Source of the DNA: an uncultured Planctomycetota bacterium
Lineage (GTDB): Bacteria > Planctomycetota > Planctomycetia > Isosphaerales > Isosphaeraceae
DNA: 64,000 nt
Direction: 5' to 3'
Assembly: GCA_963823665.1 (NCBI GenBank)
Contig: CAWGMQ010000011.1
Location: 1-64,000, forward strand
Below are positions 1 to 10,997 of the stretch, one piece after another. Within the stretch, counting starts at the first letter, position 1, and each line of letters begins with the position of its first letter. Below the pieces are notes generated by a model, which worked only from the letters and a program-made list of their open reading frames with translations, did no database searches and was not told the DNA's origin. Position numbers and translations under genes: made by a program.

Positions 1-675
1 GACACAAAGAAGAAGGAATTGCTCGGGGATTTCTACCGCGAGGGCCGGATCGATGCGCAGGCGACGATCGAGACGAACGACCACGACTTCAGCAGCACGG
101 GTTCGGGTGTGGTGATTCCACACGGGGTCTATGACGTAGGCAGGAACCGTGGCTTCTTGCATCTCAACACCAGCCACGACACCAGCGAATTAGCATGCGA
201 CAGCATCGCGGCCTGGTGGGATGAACACGGCCGGTCCGAGTACCCCGGAGCTAAGAAGATCCTGGTGTTGTGCGACGGCGGTGGCAGCAACAGTGCGACG
301 CGGTATGTTTTCAAGGAGGAACTCCAGAAGTTGGCCCTCCGACTTGGGGTCGAGATCCGAGTGGCGCACTATCCTCCTACTGCTCAAAGTACAACCCGAT
401 AGAACACCGGCTGTTCCCGCACGTGACGCGTGCCTGCCGCGGCGTGATATTTCGAACGCTGGAAACAGCACGTTACTACATGGCGATGGCAAGCACGCAA
501 GCCGGCTTGACCGTGACGGTGACGATGCTCGAGAAGGTCTACGAGACGGGCCGCAAGTGCGCGGAGGGATTCAAGGAGTCAATGACGATCGCCTTCGACA
601 AGGTGTTGCCAAAATGGAACTACCGCGCGATCCCCAGCAAATCATGAAACCGGGAAGTTATTCCCGGCCGGTTCC
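1..675 (+). mobile_element. 3' part of an ISAzo13-family insertion sequence (transposase to 647, frameshift near 375-400) with its right end
   Basis: DTKKKELLG, NDHDF, IPHGVYD, DGGGSN, HYPP/YCSKYNPIEHRLF and KWNY motifs of ISAzo13 transposases; end GGAAGTTATTCCCGGCCGGTTCC followed by TAA. Confidence 0.85.
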
Positions 676-854
676 TAAGGAAGTGAAGGGTGATCCAGAG
701 ACCAGAGTTACCAGACAGCGAAACTCTCGAGGCGCCTGCGCGATTCGAATCCCAGCTCTACTCGCGACGACACGGAACCGACACGAATCCGCGAGAACTG
801 TGTAGATCTGTTCCATACAGCGCCTGATTGATTACACGGCCGGAGTATTGAGCG

Positions 855-1319
855 ATGCGGATCAGCTTTCCCCTTGTTCCAATCGAGTTTGAGATCAACG
901 CACGGAGGCGGACCGAGCCGTTTCGGTTCCGTGTTCGGACACTCATGATCACTGTGGCAGTAACTGCGCTCACCGTCTACCGGCTTTTGCCGCTGTCGGC
1001 TGCCGATCAACGGTTAATGGCCATCTACGAACAGTTGGGCAACACCGACCCGAAGCCCGGCCTGACCAAGGCGGAAGTAATTCGTCGAATCGGCCCGCCA
1101 TCAAGTTGCAACATTCCCACAACACCAAGAACTTGTACCGATTACACTTGGGTGGCGCGATTGAAGAGGCCCTTGAGTTATCAAGAATTTGAGCTGAATC
1201 TCGCGATCGACCCTGATACAGACTTGGTGGCGGCATGGGGTCTCAACAAGAAACAATACGAAGGGATCGATCTAATCCTTTTCAGGATCGGCCAGTTGAT
1301 GCGTCGAATCGGATTGTGA
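855..1319 (+). CDS. Membrane-anchored hypothetical protein with BamE/SmpA-like motif (copy 1)
   Basis: 154-aa ORF; FRFRVRTLM plus hydrophobic segment; GLTKAEVIRRIGPP; 144/154 identical to 14450-14914. Confidence 0.75.
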   Translation: MRISFPLVPIEFEINARRRTEPFRFRVRTLMITVAVTALTVYRLLPLSAADQRLMAIYEQLGNTDPKPGLTKAEVIRRIGPPSSCNIPTTPRTCTDYTWVARLKRPLSYQEFELNLAIDPDTDLVAAWGLNKKQYEGIDLILFRIGQLMRRIGL

Positions 1320-1456
1320 CAGCGTTCTCGATGGACGATCGTCACCCAGCAAAGTGAAATTGGAATTGAAGGCATTCCGTATCGTTCCGAGCGCTGCTGT
1401 CTGCGCCATCAATTCCTGGCCCTTCGCAGTCATCTAATCGGCCTGTAATTGAACGA

Positions 1457-2031
1457 TCATGCCTCGGCCGTTTCCTCGTAGACGCGCTGACTCGTAGGCG
1501 ACCAGTAGCGGTAGGCGGTACACGACCATTTCGTCATGTGCCGCCGAAAACCGTAGAACTGCATCACCTCTACCCGAGGAAGGGGCGGTGCGCCGGGCTT
1601 CCAAACGGTATGGGCTGCCGCTTGTCGGTGTCGACGCGTCCGTGAGGGAACAGCCACACGAAAGACCAGGTCCCCGGACGATACTCGGCCATCTGTGACC
1701 ATCCAGCTTTGTGACCCTGGAAACAGGCCCACTGCCTAAACCAGTCGAACTCCGGAAGGCCCGTGAAACGGAAACCGATGCCCCCGTATCCGGATGGCCA
1801 GGCAAAACTGCCGTCCGCCGTCCATCGGGCTTTATTCGGCGCCATCCAGTGAGAGCACCGACCAATCTGTGTGAGGACGCGGTAGGAGCCAGTCACCAGC
1901 CGCGCCAACGCTTCGGCATCCGAATAGATGGTGTCGAGCGCGACCGGCCACAGCGTGGGATCATCCTCTTCCCCAAGCAGCGGCGCGATCACTCGCTCGA
2001 ACATTGGCCAGAGATCGAGATGCTCTGCCAT
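1457..2031 (-). CDS. Hypothetical protein, frameshifted near 1680
   Basis: GGAGG RBS before MAEHLDLW; continues plausibly in the 1457-1732 frame. Confidence 0.5.
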
Positions 2032-2221
2032 GTAGCCTCCCCTGCGAAGGGCCCCAACCGACACGCGCTAGCCATCACGTGTGCTAATCCCCAACTCGAA
2101 TTCAAAGCTTACACCGGACCCGCTTCGCAAACCATTCTACCGGCAGGCTCTCCATCGCTGAATTCGACTCATTCGTTACAGTGCCCGCCGAAGCTCTCCG
2201 CGTGTTGCTTCTCTTGATTTC

Positions 2222-2297
2222 TTGAATCTCCCAAACCGCAGCTCCAATGCTCCGCCCACGATCCGACCTAGCTACCAGCCGCTTGCCGGCATTCTTC
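2222..2297 (+). pseudogene. 5' remnant of a gene, paralogous to 15131-15206
   Basis: About 80% DNA identity by eye; several synonymous differences in frame LNLP(N/H)R(S/G)S.APPTIRP..Q.LAG. Confidence 0.5.
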
Positions 2298-2795
2298 TGG
2301 CCTTTGCGTCTCTCGGTCCACGCAGCGACCGATGCTCGATCATCAGTAGTCTCGCTAACGGCAGTACGCCCCGGCCGACGACGCTTTAACGACAGATTCG
2401 AGAGTGGTGCAACGAGCCGGCGGCGCGGTATGCTCGAAGACGTTGCGCTCCGCACTCTTGAAGCTCGGAGGAGAACCTTCGAACTTGACAGGCAGCGATA
2501 TTAGACCAGAGTCGACGCGTTGCATCGCCTCTACGGTCTCTCACACCTCTACGACGTAGGCCCCTTCGGCGACGACTCGCTATTCGCCAAGATCCTCGTG
2601 ACGGTCAATTAGGACGCGAAGGTTAGCCCATAGTCAGCATGGCCGGCCGGGAGCGGCGTGACGGCCAGACTTAGAATTCGTCTTCTGTTTGCCCCTTCCC
2701 TCGCACGTCAGCCGTACCCCGGGGAGCCGAGCAAAAAACCTGAAACCGGTGAACCAGAGATGAATCTATTCAATCACGCGATCAAGGCACGGGAC

Positions 2796-3795
2796 ATGAC
2801 ATCTCCCCGGGTGAAGTTCTCAATGCGACAGATGATGGCCCTCGTGGCGGGCTCGGCGGTCCTGATTTGGGTTGCGATGCTCATTCCGGTTTTCTTCGCG
2901 TTCCTGATCAATCGCACCTTCTGCGCCTACGGGGCCACAAAGAAAATCACCAAGAAGTGGGACGCCGGGCCGGCTCCGAAAGTCAGTGTCGATGTATTCG
3001 CTGGTCACATCAACGTGATCCAGTCCGCAGACGGTCAGGTGTCAGCCGTCGTGACCACGTCCACGACGTTCAAGATCTCGCAAGCCGGCGCCGACGCTGA
3101 GGTCAATGGCATTGCGATCTCGGCAGTCCATGAGGAAGACAAGATCAGCATTCGTGCGACAGACCCGCTGAATACACGCGCGGCCGGGGTGAGAACTGAT
3201 GTTGAGCTGCGCGTTCCCCCGGGAGCCAGCATTGAGCTCGTGACCGGCCATGGATATGTCCACGTTGGGCAGCGATTGGGAGGTCCCAATGGAAAAGATT
3301 GGACGAGCTCGCCAGTTGCGCTGAAATCCGTAAAGGCCCGAGATTTAGGCAATGTATACACCGGGATGGAAGCCGAAATCCTGACAAATACCTCATCCGC
3401 GGCGACGATCCTCGATCTCGAAAGCCGATGCGGATCCATCAGGATCAAGGGCGATGATCTCCTCGTCAAAGCGAAGGCCGACGCCGGAGGAATCGAGTAC
3501 ATCGGCCGGCTCCTCCCCGGCTTGCACTCGTTCGAGACCGGCCCGTTTGCACCTCACCTGGACGCCAATTGGCGGCTACCGCGCGGGATCAGACTCGTTG
3601 TGCCTCCGGAGATGACGTTCGAGGTCGATGCGGTCGCGTTGCGCAAACATCCTGAGCGAGCTCTCTCTCACGTCAGCCGAACCCGGGGAGCCGAGCATTC
3701 TGCGCAGAACGGTTGGCGCGGACCCCAAAGTGAAATTGGAGCTGAAGTCCGTTGACGGGCCCATCGAGATCCGTCGCGACGCGGCCGATACGTTG
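2796..3795 (+). CDS. DUF4097/adhesin-like beta-strand repeat membrane protein (copy 1), frameshift near 3640, native stop missing
   Basis: N-terminal TM, VELRVP and LELKSVDGPIEI motifs; close paralog of 8081-9100. Confidence 0.65.
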
Positions 3796-4275
3796 CTACC
3801 CGCACGAGGGTCCGGGCGGCTTGAGCGCGGCCATTCGTTCCATCATCTGTTCGCCGGTCAGGTCTTCAAGATGTTCCGCCAGCGACCAGTGGTGCCCGAA
3901 TGGATCGACCAGCTTGCCGTAACGGTCGCCCCAGAACATGTCGGAAAGTGGCATGACAACCGTTGCGCCCGCCTCCACCGCCCGTGCGAACGAAGCATCA
4001 GCATCGGTGACATAGAGGTGGATTGTCACGGGAGAGCTCTTGCCTGGGCCAATGCCGCCGTACTCAGGGAACTCCTCAGCCAGAAACAATCTCGAATCGC
4101 CAATCTGTAATGCCGCGTGCCCGATCCTCATCTGGCCGTCCGGACCGGGCATGGGCATCCGGGCCAATTCTTTGGCCCCGAAGGCCCGCTTGTAAAACTC
4201 GATGGCCTCTGCCGCGCCTTTGATGATCAAGTGCGGAGTGATCGTGTGATGACCGTCCGGAATCGGGTGCGCCAT
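3796..4275 (-). CDS. VOC/glyoxalase family protein (PhnB-like)
   Basis: PIPDGHHTITPHL, AIEFYKRAFGA, DMFWGDRYGKLVDPFGHHWS. Confidence 0.92.
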   Translation of the reverse strand: MAHPIPDGHHTITPHLIIKGAAEAIEFYKRAFGAKELARMPMPGPDGQMRIGHAALQIGDSRLFLAEEFPEYGGIGPGKSSPVTIHLYVTDADASFARAVEAGATVVMPLSDMFWGDRYGKLVDPFGHHWSLAEHLEDLTGEQMMERMAALKPPGPSCG

Positions 4276-4590
4276 GGGTCTGTCTCCAGTGGAACGTAGG
4301 GTCGACTCACGCTTTCGCTCGAAGAGCGATAAAGCCAAAAAGCTAGTTCATCAAACTTATCGGCTAGTTGTCAACATCCGTACAGTATTTTTCGGCATGG
4401 TTGACGACCGCGCGCCTCCGATCGATTCGGTCAGCGGCTTGCAACTCCGATCCGCGCTCTTCCGGTCTTCTTGGCGGCTCTCCGCATCACCTGTACTAAA
4501 ATTGGCGCGGACAGCGGCAACCGGGACGATCGGGGACATGAAAAGCGTGCATCAGAAATCAAACCTTCAGACAACGAAGAGGGAACGGCC

Positions 4591-5652
4591 ATGCCACAAC
4601 CGACAATTCTGGGGGTGACCGTGATGGCCTGCGCGCTCGGCCTGGGCGATATGGGGCTTCTAACCTACCGATTCCATGCCTTCGACGCAGCCCACACCGA
4701 GCCGACCTCGACCGCTCGTCAGGCCGCTGCGGGACCAGACCACTCCCTGCCCGAAAGATTCATGGTCACGTACCAAGGCTGTTCACTCCTTGGGCCAGAC
4801 GGGGCGGAGAAGGAGCGCCTGGAGTCGATCACGAACGGGGCGGGGGCGATCTCGCCGGACGGACGCTGGGCGGCCTTCAGCAAATCCGAACCGAATCCGC
4901 CACCGGGCAAGCAGCAAGGTCAGCTCGTCATCCAATCCAGGGCACATCCGGAGGATCAGACCACTGTTCCACTGATCTGGGGGACCACGGGCTCGAGCTT
5001 CCTTCCCCTCTGGTCGTCCGACAGCCAACGAATCCTGATCTGTGAGCAAGGATTCAACGAGGATCGGTCTCGGGGATCGGCGTACCGGGTGTACGACCTG
5101 AAGTCGAAGAGATTGACGACACTGAAGCTGCCAGACGAGTGGTGGCCGAGCGATTGGTCGGCGGACGGCAAGCGCCTCTTGACGAGTCTTCGTGCGAAAG
5201 ATGAAAGCGTCCGGATCGCGTGGGTCCGCATCGACGGGACCGGCAAGCCCGAATTTCTGACTTCGGATCGGGAGGTGGCCTACGGCGCCCGGCTGTCGCC
5301 CGATAACCGGCGAATCCTGTGCATGGTCCGTCCCCAAGCGAACCAGGAGGAGGGGCGGCGCGCGAGGCTGTGCGTGATCGACCTGACCACGGGGAAACGA
5401 GCCGTGATTGACAAGCCCGGCCATACCCACGGCTACTGTTGGTCGTCCGACGGGTTGAAGGTGGCCTATACATGGCAGATGCCCCTTCGGCAGCCGGATC
5501 AGGCGGCGGAAAGGAAGACATACTTGATCACGTGCGATTCCGACGGGAGCAACCAGAAGACGGTCACGATGCGGCGATACGAGGTTCCGCCGAATAGCTC
5601 GGGCCGGGGCAGCGTGAGCTACTTCTTCGAGGTCATAGCCTGGTGGAGGTGA
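4591..5652 (+). CDS. Exported TolB-like/PD40 beta-propeller protein
   Basis: Hydrophobic N-terminus; ISPDGRW, WSSDSQ, WSADGK, LSPDNR and WSSDGL repeats. Confidence 0.8.
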   Translation: MPQPTILGVTVMACALGLGDMGLLTYRFHAFDAAHTEPTSTARQAAAGPDHSLPERFMVTYQGCSLLGPDGAEKERLESITNGAGAISPDGRWAAFSKSEPNPPPGKQQGQLVIQSRAHPEDQTTVPLIWGTTGSSFLPLWSSDSQRILICEQGFNEDRSRGSAYRVYDLKSKRLTTLKLPDEWWPSDWSADGKRLLTSLRAKDESVRIAWVRIDGTGKPEFLTSDREVAYGARLSPDNRRILCMVRPQANQEEGRRARLCVIDLTTGKRAVIDKPGHTHGYCWSSDGLKVAYTWQMPLRQPDQAAERKTYLITCDSDGSNQKTVTMRRYEVPPNSSGRGSVSYFFEVIAWWR

Positions 5653-5654
5653 GG

Positions 5655-6011
5655 AAGGCCGTCGCGCGTGGGGCTGCGCAGGCGCTAGCAAAGGCGTCTG
5701 CCAAGCTCGACATCCGTTCGAACGGCCATCTCTATCACGCAGCCTTGGCTGCTGCCCTGTGCCTGCCCACGGACGGAGTGCCGCTCCGCACCCGCGCTCA
5801 TGACCCATCCATTCCCGAAGCGTTCAATTGCGCCATGTTCGTGGCCGTCAACTGTGCCTACGCCGCTGCCATCCAAAGGGTGCATCCAATCCATTCCATC
5901 GCCCAAAAGCATGCTCAGCTTGCTGTCGAGACGGACGCCGAGCATGCCGAACAATGCCACCTGCTTCGTGGCATCTTCGGCTACCCCCGGACGGGTGACG
6001 GCCGCGTGTAA
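5655..6011 (+). pseudogene. Fragment of the planctomycete E..Q..LLRDIFGNP protein family
   Basis: EHAEQCHLLRGIFGYP motif after an Ala-rich helix; no convincing start, C-terminus missing. Confidence 0.4.
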
Positions 6012-6123
6012 CGAGTGAAGTATTGTTGAGAGTTTGCACGTCGGGCAACCATCCGCGACAATCAGTGTTCCGAGCGGGTAGCGCCATGGAGCGACCGCAG
6101 AATCTCTGACGGCCCACCAATAG

Positions 6124-6534
6124 GAGTCCCAGACACCGCCGCTCGCCGACGCCGGGGACCACGAGATCCAGGGCGTCGTGGGCGAGTTCATCATCTCGGG
6201 CCTGCACCGCTCCGAAGGCTGGGACGGCATCGACGAGGCAACAGCACGGGCCGATCTGGATCAGGCCGGCCGTTTCCTCCAGGCCGCATCCGACGCGGGC
6301 ATCGGCCCGGCGTCGTTCAACCTGGCGACCCTCTTTATCATGGGGTACGGCGGCGGGCCGTGGGAGGAGCGTCGGGCACGCGCGGCCGAGTTGTACGCCC
6401 GCGCCCACGCCCAAGGGTTCACGGCGTTCGAGCGGCTGATGCAAGGCGAGGGACCGGGCGAGCCATACCTCAGTATGTTGGAGAGCTATGCCAGTTCCGC
6501 GGGGTGTCCGCGCCCCGGTTGGAAAGAGTGCTGA
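6124..6534 (+). pseudogene. 5'-truncated Sel1-like repeat protein
   Basis: PLADAGDHEIQ..G and AASDAGIGPASFNLATLF..GYG Sel1-like motifs; in-frame TAG at 6121 and no ATG. Confidence 0.5.
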
Positions 6535-6566
6535 TCTGGGGCGATAGCTGGCGGGGCGCGGGTCGC

Positions 6567-6773
6567 ATGGGCATTCGCGAAAAAGACGCGGCTGAGTCTT
6601 GGGCCGTCCATCGCCAAGATGACAACGGCAATCATTTCGTCGTCCGCGCCGGACTCGACCGGGAAGAGGCGATACGCTTGGCCTCCGAGCTTGAGGCGAG
6701 GGGGCACAAACAACTCTACTGGATCGAGGTCGACCGTGAGCCCGAACTGGACCCGGCCCGTCCCGAGAGTTGA
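6567..6773 (+). CDS. Small conserved protein (often annotated SPOR-domain), RQDDNGN...GHKQLYW family
   Basis: WAVHRQDDNGNHFVV...EARGHKQLYWIE. Confidence 0.75.
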   Translation: MGIREKDAAESWAVHRQDDNGNHFVVRAGLDREEAIRLASELEARGHKQLYWIEVDREPELDPARPES

Positions 6774-6801
6774 TGCCCCCTGAGAGCTGCCGAGGAACTG
6801 C

Positions 6802-7062
6802 GTGTACCCTCCCGAACTTGAAACCCTTGACCAATTGTGCGGCGGCCCCATGCCATTGGCGGTCATTCGGCAGTTATTCGAGGGAGATGACCGCGCGTAT
6901 CGGGCCATCCTCGCGATGCTGCACGACCGAGAAGTGCTGCTGTTTCGAGGGGATGACTTTGAGGTCCCAGACTGGGAGCGGGATCAACTATTGAGCGATC
7001 CGAGGCGATGGGAGGGATATCGTCTTTCGATCACTGACGCCGGGGCCAGGCGGCTCACTTGA
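6802..7062 (+). CDS. Hypothetical protein
   Basis: 86-aa ORF with protein-like composition, co-oriented with neighbours. Confidence 0.5.
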   Translation: MYPPELETLDQLCGGPMPLAVIRQLFEGDDRAYRAILAMLHDREVLLFRGDDFEVPDWERDQLLSDPRRWEGYRLSITDAGARRLT

Positions 7063-7199
7063 CACCTTGGAGCTCGTTCCGCTGTTCAGGCTGGCAGCGG
7101 CGAATCGTGGGACATCTGGACATCTTGTCAGTTACAATTGGGCGAAGACGACGACCAGCGCGGTGAGGGTCGGCAGCTCCGCTTGGTGAGGTTAACCTT

Positions 7200-8084
7200 A
7201 TGCCGGATCACAAAAGGCTCCAGATTCTGGCGGTAGCCCACCTGGCTCTCGGGCTGCTCACGGCCGTCCTGGCACCCGTCGAGCTACGCACGCTGTTCAC
7301 GTTCAAGCACATCCTTAGTGTGCCATTCTTTGCCTCGGCTCTCTGCCAGTCGTTCCTGCTCTCCCTCTGGGTGACGGCTTCCAAGGCGATCCTGTGGAAG
7401 CGGCTTGCCGGGCTAGTCGCTGGGATACTCTATCTGGAGGCGCTAGCCCCCAGAGACTTCAGAAGGGAGTTCCCGGCCATCTGGACCATCGCGATTACCG
7501 TGACCCTGGGGTCCTTGCTGGTGCTGCGGCGATTTGGGGTCGCAGTCAAACGACCGGGCGACCTCGGTCAGCCTGCCCGGCCCGAGGCCGAGGGACCGAG
7601 GTTCTCGATTCGGGGCATGATGATCTTCACCGGCGCCGTCGCCCTTCTCTGCACTGGGGCGACAGCCCTGCAAGCAACTACGCAAGTTTGGCTCCTGATG
7701 ACCGTCGTCTTGCTAATTTGTTTCGTTGCCGTGGCGCTGGTCTCCCTCTGGGCGGCGCTCGGGAATGCCCGCCCACTGCAGCGGTGTTCGGCGGTGTTCG
7801 TCGTCTCGCTTACACTCGGCGCCTACCTGGCCCTACCCGCCACCGCGGCCGGGCGGGTCTACATCCTCCTGATCATGGTGCTGTACCCGACGGCTCTGAT
7901 GGGGTCGCTGCTCATTGTGCGGTCGTGCGGCTACCGCCTGGTACGGCGGGCTTCCGCCGAATGGATAGGCGTGCTCGTCTCAGCTCCAGCTCGGCAAGAG
8001 GGATCGCCCCTCCTCCCGCCTTCACCCTCGCGCCGAGTCGCTCGTCCAGGCTCTTCAATCACGCGATCAAGGCACGGGACATGA
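7200..8084 (+). CDS. Polytopic membrane protein
   Basis: About 8 hydrophobic segments; internal PRFSIRGMM motif; GAGG RBS. Confidence 0.75.
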   Translation: MPDHKRLQILAVAHLALGLLTAVLAPVELRTLFTFKHILSVPFFASALCQSFLLSLWVTASKAILWKRLAGLVAGILYLEALAPRDFRREFPAIWTIAITVTLGSLLVLRRFGVAVKRPGDLGQPARPEAEGPRFSIRGMMIFTGAVALLCTGATALQATTQVWLLMTVVLLICFVAVALVSLWAALGNARPLQRCSAVFVVSLTLGAYLALPATAAGRVYILLIMVLYPTALMGSLLIVRSCGYRLVRRASAEWIGVLVSAPARQEGSPLLPPSPSRRVARPGSSITRSRHGT

Positions 8085-9100
8085 GATCTCCCCGCGTGCA
8101 GTTCACAATGCGACAGATGATGGCCGTCGTGGCGGGCTCGGCGGTCCTGATTTGGGTCGCGATGTTCACTCCGTTCTTTTTGGCGTTCGTGCTCGATGAC
8201 AGCTTCTACGCAGCCGAAAAGAAAATCACAAAGAACTGGGATGCCGGGCCGGCTCCGAGAGTCAGCGTCGATGTGTTCGCTGGTTACATCGACGTGGTAC
8301 AGAGCACCGACGGTCAAGTGTCGGCCGTCATCACCACCTCGGCAATCTTCAAGAACTCCCGGGACGGCGCTGACGCCGCGGTGAACGGCATCGCCATCTC
8401 AGCAGCCCACGAGGAAGACAAGATCCGCATCCGTGCGACAAACCCTTCGAAGACGCGCGCGACCGCACTCAGAACGGATGTGGAGCTGCGCGTTCCCCCG
8501 GGGGCCAGCCTCGACCTGTTGACGGGCGAAGGATATGTCCACATCGGACAGCACCTCGGAGGCCCCAATGGAAACGAGTGGGTTAGCGCGCCGGTCGCGC
8601 TGAAGTCTGTGAAGGCCAGGGATTTGGGCCGCATGTTCATCGGCATGGAGGCCGAAATCCTGTCAACTCCCTCGTCCCCTCCGACGCTCCTCGATCTCGA
8701 GAGCCGCTGCGGCTCCATCAGGATCAAGGGCGATGATCTCCTCGTCAAAGCGAAGGCCGACGGCGGAGGGATCGAGTACACAGGCCGGCTCGCTCCGGGC
8801 TTGCACTCGTTCGAGACCGGGCCGTTCGCACCTCACGCGGACGGCAATTGGCGGCTGCCAAGCGGGATCAGACTCGTTGTGCCTCCGGAAATGCCCTTCG
8901 AGGTCGATGCGGTCGCGACGCGCGGAAACATCCTTAGCGAGCTCCCTCTCACGTCAGCCGAACCCGGGGAGCCGTGCATTCTGCGAAGAACAGTTGGCGC
9001 GGACCCCAAAGTGAAACTGGAGCTGAAGTCCGTTGACGGGCCCATCGAAATCCGTCGCGACGCGACCGAGATGTCAACACCAGGGGCAGGCGCTCGCTGA
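8081..9100 (+). CDS. DUF4097/adhesin-like membrane protein (copy 2, intact)
   Basis: MRSPRVQFTMRQMM start, TM; colinear with 2796-3795. Confidence 0.75.
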   Translation: MRSPRVQFTMRQMMAVVAGSAVLIWVAMFTPFFLAFVLDDSFYAAEKKITKNWDAGPAPRVSVDVFAGYIDVVQSTDGQVSAVITTSAIFKNSRDGADAAVNGIAISAAHEEDKIRIRATNPSKTRATALRTDVELRVPPGASLDLLTGEGYVHIGQHLGGPNGNEWVSAPVALKSVKARDLGRMFIGMEAEILSTPSSPPTLLDLESRCGSIRIKGDDLLVKAKADGGGIEYTGRLAPGLHSFETGPFAPHADGNWRLPSGIRLVVPPEMPFEVDAVATRGNILSELPLTSAEPGEPCILRRTVGADPKVKLELKSVDGPIEIRRDATEMSTPGAGAR

Positions 9101-9349
9101 TGCGCGCATTGGGCGAGCGGTTGTTGAAGCGCGACGATTTGTCGGTGTCGAAATGAGCAAGTGTGACGGGTCGACTGAAGATCACAGCTTCCAGCGCCAG
9201 AAACCGAGATAGACAACTTTCGGGGTCACAGGTAGCGTCATCGCATCCTGATCGCGTCCGCTGCGCTCTCACGTGAGGAACCGATGGACATCGAAAGCGC
9301 GGAATCCCGCCTTACACGTCGAAGATCCAGACAACCCGGGAGCCTTATA

Positions 9350-9800
9350 ATGACCAGGCGCACCACCATAAGTATCACATCGATCGCAGCCGTTGCGACG
9401 CTGATCGGTGTGTCGCATTGCTTCGGGGCGATCGAACATGGAAATGTTGCGTTCGACATCTCGCCGGACGGGAAACAGATCGTCTTCTCGGCTGCCGATG
9501 GCGACCTCTACTTATTCAACCTCGAGACGCGGGACGTGCGCCGGTTGACCAGCACCAAAGATGAACCGTGATGGGTCGGCGGCAAGACCGCTTGGAATGA
9601 CACGCATCAGCAAGCACAATAAATCGCCCGTTTTCTTGCCTGACGGTAAGGCGATCCTGTTCCTCGCGAGCACGGAATGGAATGCTTTCACAAGACCGAT
9701 CTTCAGCCTCTGGCAGGTCGAAGTGGATGGGAAGAATGCCCATCGCATCGCCGACAGCGGGCTGTTTACCAATCCGCAGCGCTGGAAGCCGAATCCGTGA
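9350..9800 (+). pseudogene. TolB-like/PD40 protein, internally deleted and frameshifted
   Basis: ISPDGKQIVFS in one frame and PVFLPDGKAILF in another; too short for a full propeller. Confidence 0.6.
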
Positions 9801-10107
9801 CGACGCAGTCGCGCGATCCGGACTCTACTGGAGACGTTCGCGGTGGCGGATCGAAAGGGATCGACGTGGCCAAGCTCAGGCCAGACAGGTCGGTCAACCT
9901 GTGGTTATCGTCGGTGGCGCGGCTGTGGGTTCATTGGATGGCTCACGTAAAGTCTGGGTATAGCCCCGTCGAGAAACACACCAGCCTCCCGCACGCGCAT
10001 TGAACCGCGTCGTCCGTTCGCCTAAACTCTTAGTATTCTTGCGTAAGCGATCGGCTCCTGGTGGCCCCGCACGCAGCGTGGGCCTCCCATCAGGCAGGAG
10101 AACTATC

Positions 10108-10926
10108 GTGGGCGCGGACCAACCCCTCGGGTCGTCGCGACCCTCGCGCCGGCGTCGGCCCCGGATCACGCTGGCCGTGAGCATGGCCCTGGTCGCCTGT
10201 ATGGCCGTGCCCATGGCCTGGGTGGCGAATCACGCCCGCACCCAGGGGCTCGCCCTTTCCGCGATCCGCCAGGCCGGTGGCTTCGTCATCTATGGCTTCC
10301 AGCGCTCCCCGGATGGGATGATCCTGGTCGAGAGCACCCCAGATCCCGCCCCGAGCTGGCTCCGCCGCTATGTCCCGGAGCATTACTACCGTGATTTCAA
10401 CGTCGTCTCCCTCCGGGGCCCGCAGGTGAACGATGCCACACTCGGGCCGATCGAGGGGCTCGCACAGGTGGAAGAACTCTACCTCAACAACAGCGGAATC
10501 ACGGATGCCGGGCTGGCCCGGCTGCGCGGGCTAAAGCACCTCAAATTCCTGGATCTCTCCGGGACGCGAGTCACGGATGCCGGCCTGGCCCATCTGGCGA
10601 GCCTGCGCGAACTGAATTACACGCGGCTGTCGGAGACGCAGGTCACGGACTTCGGCCTGATCCATCTCGCGGGCTTGGGCGAACTGCGAAGCCTCATCCT
10701 CGATGGAACTCGCGTCACCGACGCCGGCCTGGCCCATCTCGCCGAACAGGACCAGCTCATCAAGCTCTCGCTCGACCGGACCCAGGTCGGCGACGGCGGG
10801 TTGGATCACTTGAAGGCGAACGAGCGGCTGATCTCGGTGAGCCTTTCCGGCACACGCGTCAGCCCCGACGGGATCGCGAAGCTGAAAAGCAGCATGCCGA
10901 AGCTGCAATACGTCCAGTATCCCTGA
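10108..10926 (+). CDS. Membrane-anchored leucine-rich repeat protein
   Basis: 24-aa LxxLxLxxTxVTDAGLxxL repeats; N-terminal TM; AGGAG before GTG at 10108. Confidence 0.88.
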   Translation: MGADQPLGSSRPSRRRRPRITLAVSMALVACMAVPMAWVANHARTQGLALSAIRQAGGFVIYGFQRSPDGMILVESTPDPAPSWLRRYVPEHYYRDFNVVSLRGPQVNDATLGPIEGLAQVEELYLNNSGITDAGLARLRGLKHLKFLDLSGTRVTDAGLAHLASLRELNYTRLSETQVTDFGLIHLAGLGELRSLILDGTRVTDAGLAHLAEQDQLIKLSLDRTQVGDGGLDHLKANERLISVSLSGTRVSPDGIAKLKSSMPKLQYVQYP

Positions 10927-10997
10927 GTGCGACACCGGCGGATGAGATTCCAGTTCCAGAGGGCGAAGTGGGTTCGAAAGTCGCCGAGGTTTCGTCT

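Noticed and set aside
4340..4375. Sigma-70 promoter or operator for the VOC gene (TTGACA on the minus strand, GCTAGTT repeat)
   Set aside because: No acceptable -10 element at 16-18 bp, so too weak to call
7394..8080. N-terminal extension of the 568-aa ORF 7394-9100
   Set aside because: Overlaps the 7200 membrane gene; the paralog at 2796 supports a start at 8081
10966..10985. tRNA T-arm fragment (GGGTTCGAA)
   Set aside because: The stem does not pair and there is no cloverleaf
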